Shown here: positions 35,440-44,463 of the stretch, one piece after another
How the letters are laid out: each line of letters opens with the position of its first letter
How positions within the stretch are numbered: position 1 is the stretch's first letter
DNA from: an uncultured Sulfolobales archaeon
GTDB lineage: Archaea > Thermoproteota > Thermoprotei_A > Sulfolobales > NBVN01
Length of the DNA: 64,000 nucleotides
Assembly: GCA_938073905.1 (NCBI GenBank)
Contig: CALJEN010000005.1
Span: forward strand, 66,667-130,666
Reading direction: 5' to 3'
The notes under the pieces: generated by a model
The model's database searches: none
What the model saw: the letters and a program-made list of their open reading frames with translations, nothing else
Told to the model about the DNA's origin: nothing
Made by a program: the position numbers and the translations under genes

Positions 35440-35893
35440 TTCCGCGCCGCTCTCCGCATTCTATTATGCTGCCAAGGCGAGCTTGTGGCCGAGTTCTCGA
35501 CTGCTCGGACTCGCGAGTTGGGCAAAGGCTCTTGGGGGCTCCTCCACTAGGCGCTTCAGTTGCGCACTTTCGTCCCCAGGATGGCGCGACCGCGGAGGCG
35601 GACACGGCGTCCGTTCCACCACTGCCTCCGAGGAGGCCTGCGCGCTTGCTGACAGCGCATTCCGTTCCCTCGAAGCGCGAGCTACCGGGGAAGTCCGCAT
35701 CGGCTCCGCGAAGAGTCTAAACGCCGGGACACCTAGGGAGTCGAACAGAAAACGGTCGCGAGATCGGGATATCGAGATAAGGTCTCCCCAGCACCCCCTC
35801 ACCGCTGGGAGCAAGGCTCGATCCCGGCAAAAAGCCTTAAGACCCTCTAGGGCTTAGAGCGGTGGATCCCGGAGACCGAGAGGTCTGCACGCC

Positions 35894-36319
35894 ATGAGAG
35901 TCGTCGAGGTCTTCGGTGTTGCCGGAAGGCTGCTCGTGACGACCTCCTCTCACGTCGCACTGCTCCTGATCTCCGCATCTATGGCTCTGCTCTCGTACTT
36001 CACGCGCGATTCGGAAGCGGTGAACCTAGTACCCGTCCTGGCAGCGATCGCGGGACTGACGGTGGTCGAATACGGCAAGCGCTCCTACAGACAGTTCTAC
36101 TATCTGCTGCTGATAAGCGGAGCCGAGCCTAGACACTACGACGTGCTGAAGGCCGCGGTCTCCCTAATCATTGCCCTGCCACTGGCCCTGTCGACGGCGG
36201 CGTCCGGCAGGGCCATGATAGTCCTGCTCTCCCTGCTCCTCTCGGGAGTCCTGACCGCGGCCCTCCTCACGTACCAGATCAGGAAGGTTAAAGAGGGTGC
36301 TAGCGCAACACTAGCCTGA
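35894..36319 (+). CDS. Small 4-TM membrane protein, possible partner of the downstream ABC ATPase
   Basis: Hydrophobic 141-aa ORF ending 8 nt before the ABC ATPase gene. Confidence 0.45.
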   Translation: MRVVEVFGVAGRLLVTTSSHVALLLISASMALLSYFTRDSEAVNLVPVLAAIAGLTVVEYGKRSYRQFYYLLLISGAEPRHYDVLKAAVSLIIALPLALSTAASGRAMIVLLSLLLSGVLTAALLTYQIRKVKEGASATLA

Positions 36320-36327
36320 GGTCGGGC

Positions 36328-37023
36328 ATGGCGGAGGTAGTGGTGCTGCTGAGGGACGTCTGGAAGTCGTACACTCTCTCGGGAGCCACCGTCAGCGTGC
36401 TGAAGGGCGTAAACATGGCCGTCTACAGGGGCGAGGTCGTCGGAGTCCACGGTCCCAGCGGCTCCGGGAAGACTACCCTGCTCAGGATCATAGCGGGGCT
36501 CGAGAGGCCCGACAAGGGCGAGGTCATAGTCGACGGCTACAACCTGAACATGCTGGACGAGTATGGGCTAGCCCTCTACAGGAACAACGTGTGCAGCTAC
36601 GTGCCCCAGGACTTCGGCATCGTCGACGCTATGACTACCTACGAGAACGTGGAGATACCCCTCCTGCTCGCCGGGGTCAGTGCCGACGTGAGGAGGAGGA
36701 AGGTCATGGAGATGCTAGGCTACGTGGGGCTCAGGGACAAGGCCAGCGTGAGAGTCGGGAGGCTCTCCGGGGGCGAGAAGCAGAGGGTGGCCATAGCGAG
36801 AGCCCTGGTGACCACTCCCTCCGTGCTGCTAGCCGACGAGCCGACGGCGAGTCTGGACTGGGCCAACGCGATCAAGGTCGCCGAGCTCTTCCTCAACATA
36901 AAGAAGGACTTCGGCACCACGGTCATAATAGTGACCCACGACGCTAGACTGCTGGAGTACTTCGATAGGTCCATGAACCTCTTCGACGGCTCGCTGAAGC
37001 CCATCGGCTCCCCCAAGCTGTGA
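36328..37023 (+). CDS. ABC transporter ATP-binding protein (MacB/LolD-like)
   Basis: Walker A is GPSGSGKTT, the signature is LSGGEKQR and Walker B is LLADEPT. Confidence 0.9.
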   Translation: MAEVVVLLRDVWKSYTLSGATVSVLKGVNMAVYRGEVVGVHGPSGSGKTTLLRIIAGLERPDKGEVIVDGYNLNMLDEYGLALYRNNVCSYVPQDFGIVDAMTTYENVEIPLLLAGVSADVRRRKVMEMLGYVGLRDKASVRVGRLSGGEKQRVAIARALVTTPSVLLADEPTASLDWANAIKVAELFLNIKKDFGTTVIIVTHDARLLEYFDRSMNLFDGSLKPIGSPKL

Positions 37024-37225
37024 GACCGTCCTCGCACAGCGCCGTCTTCCGTAGCGGTGGCCTCCCCGAACCGAGAACCGGTACTCGGACGAGCGAGTGG
37101 AGCCCCCGCCCTTCCACCCACACTCGAGAGGGTTCGTTGCTCTCATATGCTGACACCGAGGATCCAACGCAGCATACCGAGCGGAACCCTTCGCCTCTCT
37201 TAGAGCCCTTCCGAAGTGTTGGCGG

Positions 37226-37233
37226 CTTATAAT
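37226..37233. promoter_or_regulatory. TATA box CTTATAAT in the ABC/thpR gap
   Basis: It is the only A/T island in a 340-nt gap and lies 134 nt upstream of the thpR ATG. Confidence 0.4.
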
Positions 37234-37366
37234 GCCCGGCAGTCAACTGGTTATTGATGACGGTGCCCGGGGGTTTCGGCAGAAGTGCGCGGAAGCGGAG
37301 CTACCAGCGAGGAGGCCCAGCGCGCACCGCCCGACCGATCCCTAGCCGGCTCGAGTCGGTGAGAGC

Positions 37367-37945
37367 ATGATCAGACTCTTCGTGGCTGTAGAGGTAGAGG
37401 ACGCTGGACTCTGGAGGAGGATCCTGGAGTTCAGAGACGCTGTGGTCTCCTGCGCGCTCGACGGCGGCATAAAGCCCGTAGAGGACGAGAACATCCACAT
37501 CACGCTCAGGTTCATAGGCGAGGTGCCCGAGTCCTACGTCCCGAAGATAGTGGGGTGCCTGCGCGCCGTGGAGAGCTTCGAGAGCTTCCGCATGACCGTG
37601 CGCGGAGTCGGTGCCTTCCCGAGCGTCGCGAGACCCAGGGTCGTGTGGGTAGGAGTCGGAGAGGGGGCCGAGGCCCTCAGGAGGCTCAGAGACTCCTTCG
37701 AGGCCTGCCTGAGGCCTCTAGCTAGGGAGGACCGCGAGGAGTTCGTCCCCCACATCACCGTGGCGAGGGTCAAGGGCAGGTACAGGCCGGATTGCCTAGC
37801 AGCCTATCTCAGGAAGTACGAGACCGTGGACTTCGGTACGAGCCCCGTGACCCAGGTTAAGCTCAAGAGGAGCCAGCTCACCCCGAAGGGCCCCATATAC
37901 ACTGACATCGCCTCGTTCAGGTTGAAAGCTCATGGAGGGCCCTGA
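37367..37945 (+). CDS. thpR: RNA 2',3'-cyclic phosphodiesterase (2H family, ThpR/LigT)
   Basis: Has two HxT motifs, HITLRF and HITVAR, with the spacing expected for the 2H fold. Confidence 0.85.
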   Translation: MIRLFVAVEVEDAGLWRRILEFRDAVVSCALDGGIKPVEDENIHITLRFIGEVPESYVPKIVGCLRAVESFESFRMTVRGVGAFPSVARPRVVWVGVGEGAEALRRLRDSFEACLRPLAREDREEFVPHITVARVKGRYRPDCLAAYLRKYETVDFGTSPVTQVKLKRSQLTPKGPIYTDIASFRLKAHGGP

Positions 37946-39341
37946 GAGGATAGTCGAGGAGGCCATCGGCGAGCTCAGGCCTAGCGAGGAGGAGAGGCTC
38001 GAGGCCCTGAGGATATTCGAGGAGGTAAAGGGAGTTGTGGAGAGCTCCCTCAGAATACCGTACGACTTCACGGTGGAGCTGCACGGATCCGTGGCCAAGG
38101 GCACCGAGCTCAGGGGTGCGGTGGACCTGGACGTCTTCCTGCTCGTGAGGTACGAGGGGATAAGCAGGGAGTGGCTCGAGAGAGAGGTGGTCAGGCCGCT
38201 CTTCGGCGTCCTGAAGGGCCTCTACCGAGGAACCAAGCTCAAGTACGCCACCCACCCGTACATCCACATAGACCTCGGGAGGTACGAGGTAGACGTAGTA
38301 CCGGCGTACTGGGCCAGGGACGTCTCGGAGGCGAGGACGGCCGTCGACAGGACGCCCTTCCACACCAGGTACGTGCTGAGCAGACTCGCGGAGAAGGGGA
38401 GAGACGAGGTGAGACTGCTCAAGGCGTTCTTCAAGAGCATAGGGGTGTACGGAGCCGAGATAAAGGTCGAGGGCTTCTCGGGCTACCTCACGGAGCTCCT
38501 CGTGATCAAGTACGGGAGCTTCCTCGACGCGCTGAGGAGCATCGCCAGGTGGCGCTTCGGTGAGGTGGTGGTAGTGGAGGGGGGCTCGGTCGAGGCAGTC
38601 AGCGAGCACCCGAGGGGGCTCTCCAGGGTCCCCCTGACCGTTCCAGACCCGGTGGACCCGAGGAGGAACGCCGCGTCGGCCGTGTGCGCCGAGTCCCTGG
38701 CCAGGGCCGTCCTAGCCTCGACGGTATTCCTCCAGAGGCCCTCCAGAGAGATGCTGCTCTCGGGGACGGGGACTCCGAGGCCTGGTGATGTGGAGAGCTC
38801 GCGCAGGCTGGTGGTGGAGTCGGGCCGCGAGGCCGTGGGGATGCTCTTCAGGCTCTCCGGAGAGGTGGTGCCGGACGTCCTCTGGGGCAGGCTCAGATCC
38901 ATCGCGAAGTCTCTCATGAGCTCTCTAGAGAGGGCCGGATTTACTGTCGTCAGCTATTCGATGTGGAGCGACGAGCTTTCCGAAGCCGTCATCCTGGCGA
39001 CCGTGCTCCCCAGAGAGCTCCCGCCTTTCGAGGTGCACGCCGGCCCCCCTCTGGGGAGGACCGACGACATCGAGTCCTTCGTCTCGAAGTACTACTCCGG
39101 TCGCGAGAGCCTAGGCCCCTACGTGAGCCCCGCCGGGCGGATCTTCACCCTAAGGCGGAGGAGGCATGCGCGACCCCACCAGGTCCTGGAGGCCTACGCG
39201 GAGTCCCTGGAACGAGGGGAGGGCGTTTCGGTCTCCGGAGTTCTCAAGAACCTCGACGAGGTTTGCGAGTACGTGAGGTCGCGCGGAGCCCCGGAGCTCC
39301 TCGCGGCCTTTAGAAGGATGGCCGCGCTCGAACTCGTCTGA
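37932..39341 (+). CDS. cca: CCA-adding enzyme (class I archaeal tRNA nucleotidyltransferase)
   Basis: Shows LHGSVAKGTELRGAVDLDVF (GS...DxD), PYIHIDL..VDVVPAY and RTPFHTRY. It overlaps thpR by 14 nt. Confidence 0.9.
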   Translation: MEGPERIVEEAIGELRPSEEERLEALRIFEEVKGVVESSLRIPYDFTVELHGSVAKGTELRGAVDLDVFLLVRYEGISREWLEREVVRPLFGVLKGLYRGTKLKYATHPYIHIDLGRYEVDVVPAYWARDVSEARTAVDRTPFHTRYVLSRLAEKGRDEVRLLKAFFKSIGVYGAEIKVEGFSGYLTELLVIKYGSFLDALRSIARWRFGEVVVVEGGSVEAVSEHPRGLSRVPLTVPDPVDPRRNAASAVCAESLARAVLASTVFLQRPSREMLLSGTGTPRPGDVESSRRLVVESGREAVGMLFRLSGEVVPDVLWGRLRSIAKSLMSSLERAGFTVVSYSMWSDELSEAVILATVLPRELPPFEVHAGPPLGRTDDIESFVSKYYSGRESLGPYVSPAGRIFTLRRRRHARPHQVLEAYAESLERGEGVSVSGVLKNLDEVCEYVRSRGAPELLAAFRRMAALELV

Positions 39342-39475
39342 ACGAGCCGGCCGCGCAGACCGTGTGAGATTTCGCGCGCATAGCTCTACGACCTAGACGT
39401 GCTTTTGCTACGCGACCTTCTCTACGTCGAATCTCTACCAGCCAACCCTGCCCTCTGCCGGCCTTTAGCGTCCGC

Positions 39476-40432
39476 TCACCACCACTTCATGCTATCCCTG
39501 TGCTTCTCGATCTCCTCGTCGTCCTTCGGCTTCCTGAACACGAAGAGATGCTCGTGGCTGATCAGGTAAAAGTCCGTCCAGTAGCGCTTGTCCTGCGGTT
39601 TTTCGACCCAGCACTCTTCCGCAGTCTTAGCGAGTCCTGCCCACTTTCTGCCAGTGGTCTTGGTGTGCCACTGGACTTTAACTATGTCCTCCCTCAATAC
39701 GAAGCCGACGTCCAGGAACTGCTGCATGACTCTGAACGCTATGGGGACGTAGTGCCTGTGCCTCCTAGTGTCGCCTATCAGTATGGCGCAGAACCTTCCG
39801 GGCTTCAGAACCCTGAAGCTCTCCCTGGCCACCTCGCGCATCCCCTCCAGGTACTCCTCTAGGCTGTAGACCTGGGACAGGTCGCCCTCTACTCTCCTGC
39901 TTTTAGAGTACGGGATTATGTTCGCGTAGGGCGGATGGGTCGCTACTAGGTCTACGGACTCGTCCTCGATCAAGTTCAAGTTTCTAGCATCTCCGTGGTA
40001 GACCCTTATCTCGGGCTCTCTGTAGTCTGGGTCTAGGGGTCTGTACGCGAAGTTTAGCCTGTCGAGGGTGAGTATGACCGCCTCGTAGTTTATGTCGACA
40101 CCTATGGCGTTCCTGCCGAGGAGCTTGCACTCCACCAGCGTCGTGCCTCCCCCGCACATCTGGTCTAGGACTAGCTCTCCTGGCTTGCTGTAGCGAAGAA
40201 TGAGGTTCCTGGGTATCTGGGGGGCCCAGTTCCCCCTGTAGTCCCCCCTGTGGGTTGCCCAGTCTCCCCTCTCTGGGAAAGACCAAACAGTCGTCCTCTC
40301 CAGGGAGAAGTCGTCCGGCTGATACCTCTCGATCCTGTGCGGTCTCCCGACGGGTATCTCTTCGTTCTCTACGCGGACGACCTTGTGAGTTTTGACGTAC
40401 TCGAGATACTCCTCAAACGTAACGAGCCTCAT
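39476..40432 (-). CDS. DNA (N6-adenine or N4-cytosine) methyltransferase
   Basis: The AdoMet motif is VLDQMCGGGTT and the catalytic motif is ATHPPY. The WSFPE...H...IPRNLI block preceding motif I resembles DNA amino-methyltransferases. ATG 40432 overlaps the upstream HTH gene stop as ATGA. Confidence 0.75.
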   Translation of the reverse strand: MRLVTFEEYLEYVKTHKVVRVENEEIPVGRPHRIERYQPDDFSLERTTVWSFPERGDWATHRGDYRGNWAPQIPRNLILRYSKPGELVLDQMCGGGTTLVECKLLGRNAIGVDINYEAVILTLDRLNFAYRPLDPDYREPEIRVYHGDARNLNLIEDESVDLVATHPPYANIIPYSKSRRVEGDLSQVYSLEEYLEGMREVARESFRVLKPGRFCAILIGDTRRHRHYVPIAFRVMQQFLDVGFVLREDIVKVQWHTKTTGRKWAGLAKTAEECWVEKPQDKRYWTDFYLISHEHLFVFRKPKDDEEIEKHRDSMKWW

Positions 40433-40671
40433 AGGGATGTATTTGCTCCTTCCTTTATCGACGGCGCGCACGAGGCGCTCGCCTCGACTATCCATCCACC
40501 AGACGACCTCCTGATAAGACCCTTCCTCTTAAGCTCTTGAAGACGGCCCCTGACCGTATTGTACGGTATGCCGGTCTTCTCAACGATTTCGCGCACTCCG
40601 ACCGGTCTGCCCGCGTTTCTCAGATACTCGAGCATGATCTCACGAGCAGGCTTAGGATAGCGAGGAGACAT
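40429..40671 (-). CDS. Small winged-helix regulator, translationally coupled to the methyltransferase
   Basis: IMLEYLRNAGRPVGVREIVEKTGIPYNTVRGRLQELKRKGLI is a wHTH. ATG 40671 lies 28 nt from the CCTTATTAGG box. Confidence 0.6.
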   Translation of the reverse strand: MSPRYPKPAREIMLEYLRNAGRPVGVREIVEKTGIPYNTVRGRLQELKRKGLIRRSSGGWIVEASASCAPSIKEGANTSL

Positions 40672-40698
40672 GCTCTCGAGACGTGATCGATCTGCTAG

Positions 40699-40708
40699 CC
40701 TAATAAGG
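40699..40708 (-). promoter_or_regulatory. TATA box (CCTTATTAGG on the - strand) for the HTH-methyltransferase pair
   Basis: Lies 28 nt upstream of ATG 40671. Confidence 0.5.
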
Positions 40709-40851
40709 CCGACGCAGTCCACGTAAAACAGGTAACGCTTGAAGAGCCACTCGAGCGAAAAGCCGAAAGCCCTAGGGCCGGGCTTAAACGAGCTGCCAGT
40801 GGAGTCATCTGGAAAAGGACTGACCCTCGGAGCACCGCGCCGTGCGAGCGA

Positions 40852-42636
40852 TCAACCGCTCCCGGACTTCTCGATATAGTCTCTCACTAGCTTAGCGTAG
40901 TGCGCTATCACTTTCCTGAGGAACTCCTCCCGGATCTGGCCCAGGGGCGTCGGGGTCTCCAGGAACCTCCGCGGGATCCTCACCTCCTCTGGCTTGAACC
41001 CCTCCGAGAACTTGACTCCGTGCTTCTCCAGGTATATGCGCCTTCCCAGCTCCACCAGCGCCTTCTCGTCGATCTCGTAGCCCAGGGCCCTCAGAGTCCT
41101 AGACACCACTTCCTTGGTGTAGACTCCCCGACCGAAGAAGCACAGCACGAGGGAGCTCAGCACCTGCCTCCAGGACTCCTCCTCCACGATCTGCTCAGCG
41201 GCCTCCTCGGGGCTCGGCACCGGAGCACCAGAGGACACCAGGCTCTGGTCGGTGGCGTAGGCACCGGCGTCCAGGTGGGAGTGCCGGAACCCTATGGCCA
41301 GCGATGCGTGGTACAGCGGCCCCGTGTGGTAGCCGGCGGGCTCCACCCTGTTGTAGGCCAGGGCGAACTCCGCTCCTCCGTACCTAGCGGCCGCCTCCTC
41401 TACTCCGAGAGCCAGCGCCCTGTAGAACTCGTTCGGCTGCAGCACTATGTAGCTGACCGCCTTGACGTAGTTCCTCCAGTCGCCCCACCTGAGCTCGACC
41501 AGGGTATCGTTCAGGCCGACGATCCCCCTCTCCAGAGCCTCGGTCGCCCACGCGAGCACCAGGCCCGTGGATATGGCGTCCACCCCCTCGTCCTCCACGG
41601 CCTTGATCAGCTTGAGTAGCCCGTACCTGTCGCTTATCCCTAGGTTGCTCCCAAGAGCGTATATGGGCTCGTGGTCGTAGGGGACGAACTCGGTCTTGTA
41701 GAAGTACCTCTCGTCCTCGTACTCCTCCCTTATGGCAGCCAGGTGGATGCAGGCGACGGGGCACGCCGTGCAGGCCACCCTCCTCGAGAGGTTCTCCTCG
41801 GCCAGCTTCTCGCCGCTGATCTCCCTGGCACCCTCGAACCTCCCGCTGGTGAAGTTCCTCGTGGGCAGGGCTCCCAGCTTGTCTAGAGGCAGCACGTTAG
41901 CTGCGGTGCCCAGGTCGTGGTACTTCTTGGTCATAGACCCCTTGGTCAGCCCGTATATCTCTTTGTAGACCTCCCTGTAGGTCCTGACGTCCGGCAGCTT
42001 GAACCCTCCCCTGCCGATCACGACGAGGGCCTTGAGCTTCTTCGAGCCGAACACGGCCCCTAGACCCATCCTCCCGAAGTGCCTGTACGTCTCCACCGTC
42101 AGGTTCGCGTACCTGACTAGCCTCTCCCCCGCCCTCCCTATCCTCATTATCGTTCTGTAGCCGGCACCCGGGAGAGCCTCTCGCAGGACTCTGCCCACGG
42201 TCTCGGAGCTCCTCATTCCCCACAGTGCACCGGCGTCCCTAAACCTCACCTTCCCGTCGTCGACCACTATGTAGATGGGGATGTCGCTCTCGCCCTTGAT
42301 CACTATTGCCCCGTAGCCCGCGAACCTGATGGCGGTGGCCGCCCTACCGCCGCCGTGGGCCTCCGAGACGAGCCCGTTGAGGGGAGACTTGAACACGGCC
42401 ACGACCTTGGAGGCCATGGGGAAGACTCCCGTTAGGGGGCCGACGGCGAAGACCACCGCGTTGTCGGGACCCAGCGGGTCCGCCCCCCTCGGCACCTCCT
42501 CCTTGTAGAGCTGAATCGCGACTCCTGTGCCCCCGAGCCACCTGCTGAACAGGTCCTCCCTCTCCTCGACCCAGAACAGCTTCTTGCTCAGGTCCACGTA
42601 CAGGACCTTGGAGAGGGTCTTCACCCAGTCGGTCAC
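40852..42636 (-). CDS. aor: Tungsten/molybdopterin aldehyde:ferredoxin oxidoreductase family enzyme
   Basis: The N-terminus LYVDLSKK....EEREDLFSRWLGGTGVA is typical of the AOR family, as is the 594 aa length. A 4Fe-4S ferredoxin gene lies immediately upstream. Confidence 0.9.
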   Translation of the reverse strand: MTDWVKTLSKVLYVDLSKKLFWVEEREDLFSRWLGGTGVAIQLYKEEVPRGADPLGPDNAVVFAVGPLTGVFPMASKVVAVFKSPLNGLVSEAHGGGRAATAIRFAGYGAIVIKGESDIPIYIVVDDGKVRFRDAGALWGMRSSETVGRVLREALPGAGYRTIMRIGRAGERLVRYANLTVETYRHFGRMGLGAVFGSKKLKALVVIGRGGFKLPDVRTYREVYKEIYGLTKGSMTKKYHDLGTAANVLPLDKLGALPTRNFTSGRFEGAREISGEKLAEENLSRRVACTACPVACIHLAAIREEYEDERYFYKTEFVPYDHEPIYALGSNLGISDRYGLLKLIKAVEDEGVDAISTGLVLAWATEALERGIVGLNDTLVELRWGDWRNYVKAVSYIVLQPNEFYRALALGVEEAAARYGGAEFALAYNRVEPAGYHTGPLYHASLAIGFRHSHLDAGAYATDQSLVSSGAPVPSPEEAAEQIVEEESWRQVLSSLVLCFFGRGVYTKEVVSRTLRALGYEIDEKALVELGRRIYLEKHGVKFSEGFKPEEVRIPRRFLETPTPLGQIREEFLRKVIAHYAKLVRDYIEKSGSG

Positions 42637-42637
42637 T

Positions 42638-43039
42638 CTACCCCACCTCCTCTAGGGCGATGACTCCGTGGGGGCAGAACTCTACGCAGTACCCGCAGTG
42701 AGTGCATATCACGGGCTTCATAGCCTCGGAGTCCCACATGACCGCCCCTATGTCGCAGGCGGTGACGCAGAATCCGCAGCCGATGCACTTGCTGGGGTTG
42801 AGGACCACACCCCCTCCTTTCCTCGGAACAAGAGCGTCGACGGGGCAGGCCCTGGAGCACGGGGGGTCTCTGCACGCCCTGCACACCACCACCACGAACC
42901 CCCTCTCGACTCCTCCGGCAGACCTGACGTGTATGGCCGACTTGCTGACACCAACGTAGCCGTACCTGTTGGTGCACGCGTACGCGCACAGCCCGCAACC
43001 GACGCACCTGTTCGAGTCGACCACCACGAGCCTCTTCAC
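42638..43039 (-). CDS. 4Fe-4S cluster ferredoxin-like subunit
   Basis: Four Cys clusters are present: CVGCGLCAYAC, CRACRDPPCSRACP, CIGCGFCVTAC and CTHCGYCVEFCP. GTG start at 43039. The ORF-track extension to 43333 has atypical composition. Confidence 0.8.
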   Translation of the reverse strand: MKRLVVVDSNRCVGCGLCAYACTNRYGYVGVSKSAIHVRSAGGVERGFVVVVCRACRDPPCSRACPVDALVPRKGGGVVLNPSKCIGCGFCVTACDIGAVMWDSEAMKPVICTHCGYCVEFCPHGVIALEEVG

Positions 43040-43123
43040 TCTATACCCGTAGAGCCCTCCACCCGAAGCCAAATAAAGAGCCTCCGGAGGAGCTAATTTC
43101 GGTCGAGAGCCTGGTAGGTCGGT

Positions 43124-43756
43124 ATGAGCGCCGAGCACGCCTTCCCGGAGAGGCTGCTGAGGTTCGGACACCACGAGGCGATAGCTGTTACCGTGGGGGA
43201 GCGCGGGGAGCCGCACGCGGCAGCCATGGGGGTCGCGCCGGCTGGAGCGGACATAGTCATGCGCCCCTACCTGAACACCAGGACTCTCAGGAACATCCAG
43301 GCGGGCTCCGCGGTCTCGCTCGCCTTCACGCACGACTCGCTAGTCTTCTGCGACGTGGTCCTGAGACCCTCGAGGCTGAGGTTCAGGCGCGGGAGGAGCG
43401 AGCGGGTCTACGTGCTGGACGCCGACGTAGATCTCTACCTCGAGACCGTGCCGAGGAGCGTCGTGTTGGGCGATAGGGTCGCGTCGGTCTTCCTGCGGGT
43501 CACCGACGTGTACGAGGGGAGTCGGAGCTACTTCCCCTATAGCAGAGCCAACTCCATGCTCATAGAGGCGCTGGTGTACTTCACCAAGCTGCGGGCCCTC
43601 GGACCCGGTGCTAGCCCTCCCGAGGGCGATGTCCGGGGTTGGCTGAGCGCTCTGGAGTACAGCATCTCGGTGGTCGAGAGGCTCGGGACTAGCGAGCTCA
43701 TCGAGTGCGCGGAGGAGGTCCGCAGAGAACTAGAGGGGATGCGTGTTCTCCGATGA
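43124..43756 (+). CDS. DUF447-family (FMN-binding split-barrel-like) protein
   Basis: Size and N-terminal pattern (HEAIAVTVGERGEPHAAAMGV) fit DUF447. It lies adjacent to MptE/MptG-type genes. Confidence 0.55.
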   Translation: MSAEHAFPERLLRFGHHEAIAVTVGERGEPHAAAMGVAPAGADIVMRPYLNTRTLRNIQAGSAVSLAFTHDSLVFCDVVLRPSRLRFRRGRSERVYVLDADVDLYLETVPRSVVLGDRVASVFLRVTDVYEGSRSYFPYSRANSMLIEALVYFTKLRALGPGASPPEGDVRGWLSALEYSISVVERLGTSELIECAEEVRRELEGMRVLR

Positions 43757-44463
43757 ACCTCGGAAACCCTCTGTACTGGGAGGCTCTCTACGACCGCATA
43801 CTGACGAGCCTGGGACTCGAGCGGGAGAAGGACTACTACTCTTGTCGCCTGCTCGACCTGTTCCTCTCCACGAGGATGGACACCGTGCTGGAGACCCGGA
43901 GGCTCCTTTCGGAACTAATCGGGGGTAAGAGAGTCGTGGTGGTCGGTGACTCCCCAGGTCTCGGGTGCCCCAAGCCTAGCGGCACCGTACTGATAGCGGC
44001 CGACGCGTCTTACGAGAAGTGCCTAGAGGAGGGAGCGGTCCCGGACGTTGTCGCGACAGACCTAGACGGAGTCTCCGAAAGCTCCCTAAAGACCGAGAAC
44101 ACCGTACTCGCCATACACGCCCACGGCGATAACGCCGAGCTGCTGGTGAGGCTCCTGCCGGAAGTCCGGGGACCCTTCGTAGGAACGGCCCAGTGCAAGT
44201 GCTCCCCCAGAGTCGAGCTGCCGGGAGGCTTCACGGACGGGGACAGGGCCGTCTTCCTGGCGTTCTACTACGGGGCCGAAAAGGTTTACCTCTACGGCTT
44301 CGACTTCAGCTCGGTCGGCAGGTATCTGAAGCCTTCCGGAGTCCGGGTCAGCGTCAGCGCAAAGCTGGCCAAGCTGGCCTGGGCAAGGCTTTTACTCCTG
44401 CTGCTCAGAGACTCTGGGTACGGAGTTGAGTGCCTCGAGGGTGGCTGTAAGGGCTGGGTATAG
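43753..44463 (+). CDS. mptE: MptE-like 6-hydroxymethylpterin diphosphokinase (DUF115)
   Basis: Shows VVVVGDSPGL, IAADAS, VATDLDG and HAHGDN blocks typical of DUF115/MptE. ATG 43753 overlaps the upstream stop as ATGA. Confidence 0.65.
   Translation: MNLGNPLYWEALYDRILTSLGLEREKDYYSCRLLDLFLSTRMDTVLETRRLLSELIGGKRVVVVGDSPGLGCPKPSGTVLIAADASYEKCLEEGAVPDVVATDLDGVSESSLKTENTVLAIHAHGDNAELLVRLLPEVRGPFVGTAQCKCSPRVELPGGFTDGDRAVFLAFYYGAEKVYLYGFDFSSVGRYLKPSGVRVSVSAKLAKLAWARLLLLLLRDSGYGVECLEGGCKGWV

Noticed and set aside
35466-35720. A leaderless 84-aa ORF starting exactly 27 nt after the TATA box
   Set aside because: It is Arg/Pro/Ala-rich and predicted disordered, uses CGN rather than AGR arginine codons, and has lower third-position G+C than real genes. 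It is more likely part of a non-coding transcript.
35585-35760. Minimal (type-T-like) RNase P RNA, suggested by GGGGAAGUCCGC (35687-35698, CR-I-like) and ACAGAAAACGG (35745-35755, CR-V-like)
   Set aside because: The two segments cannot form a proper P4 helix; only CCG/CGG pairs, and AAG has no CUU partner. They lie only about 50 nt apart, and no CR-IV-like element was found. The resemblance is probably chance.
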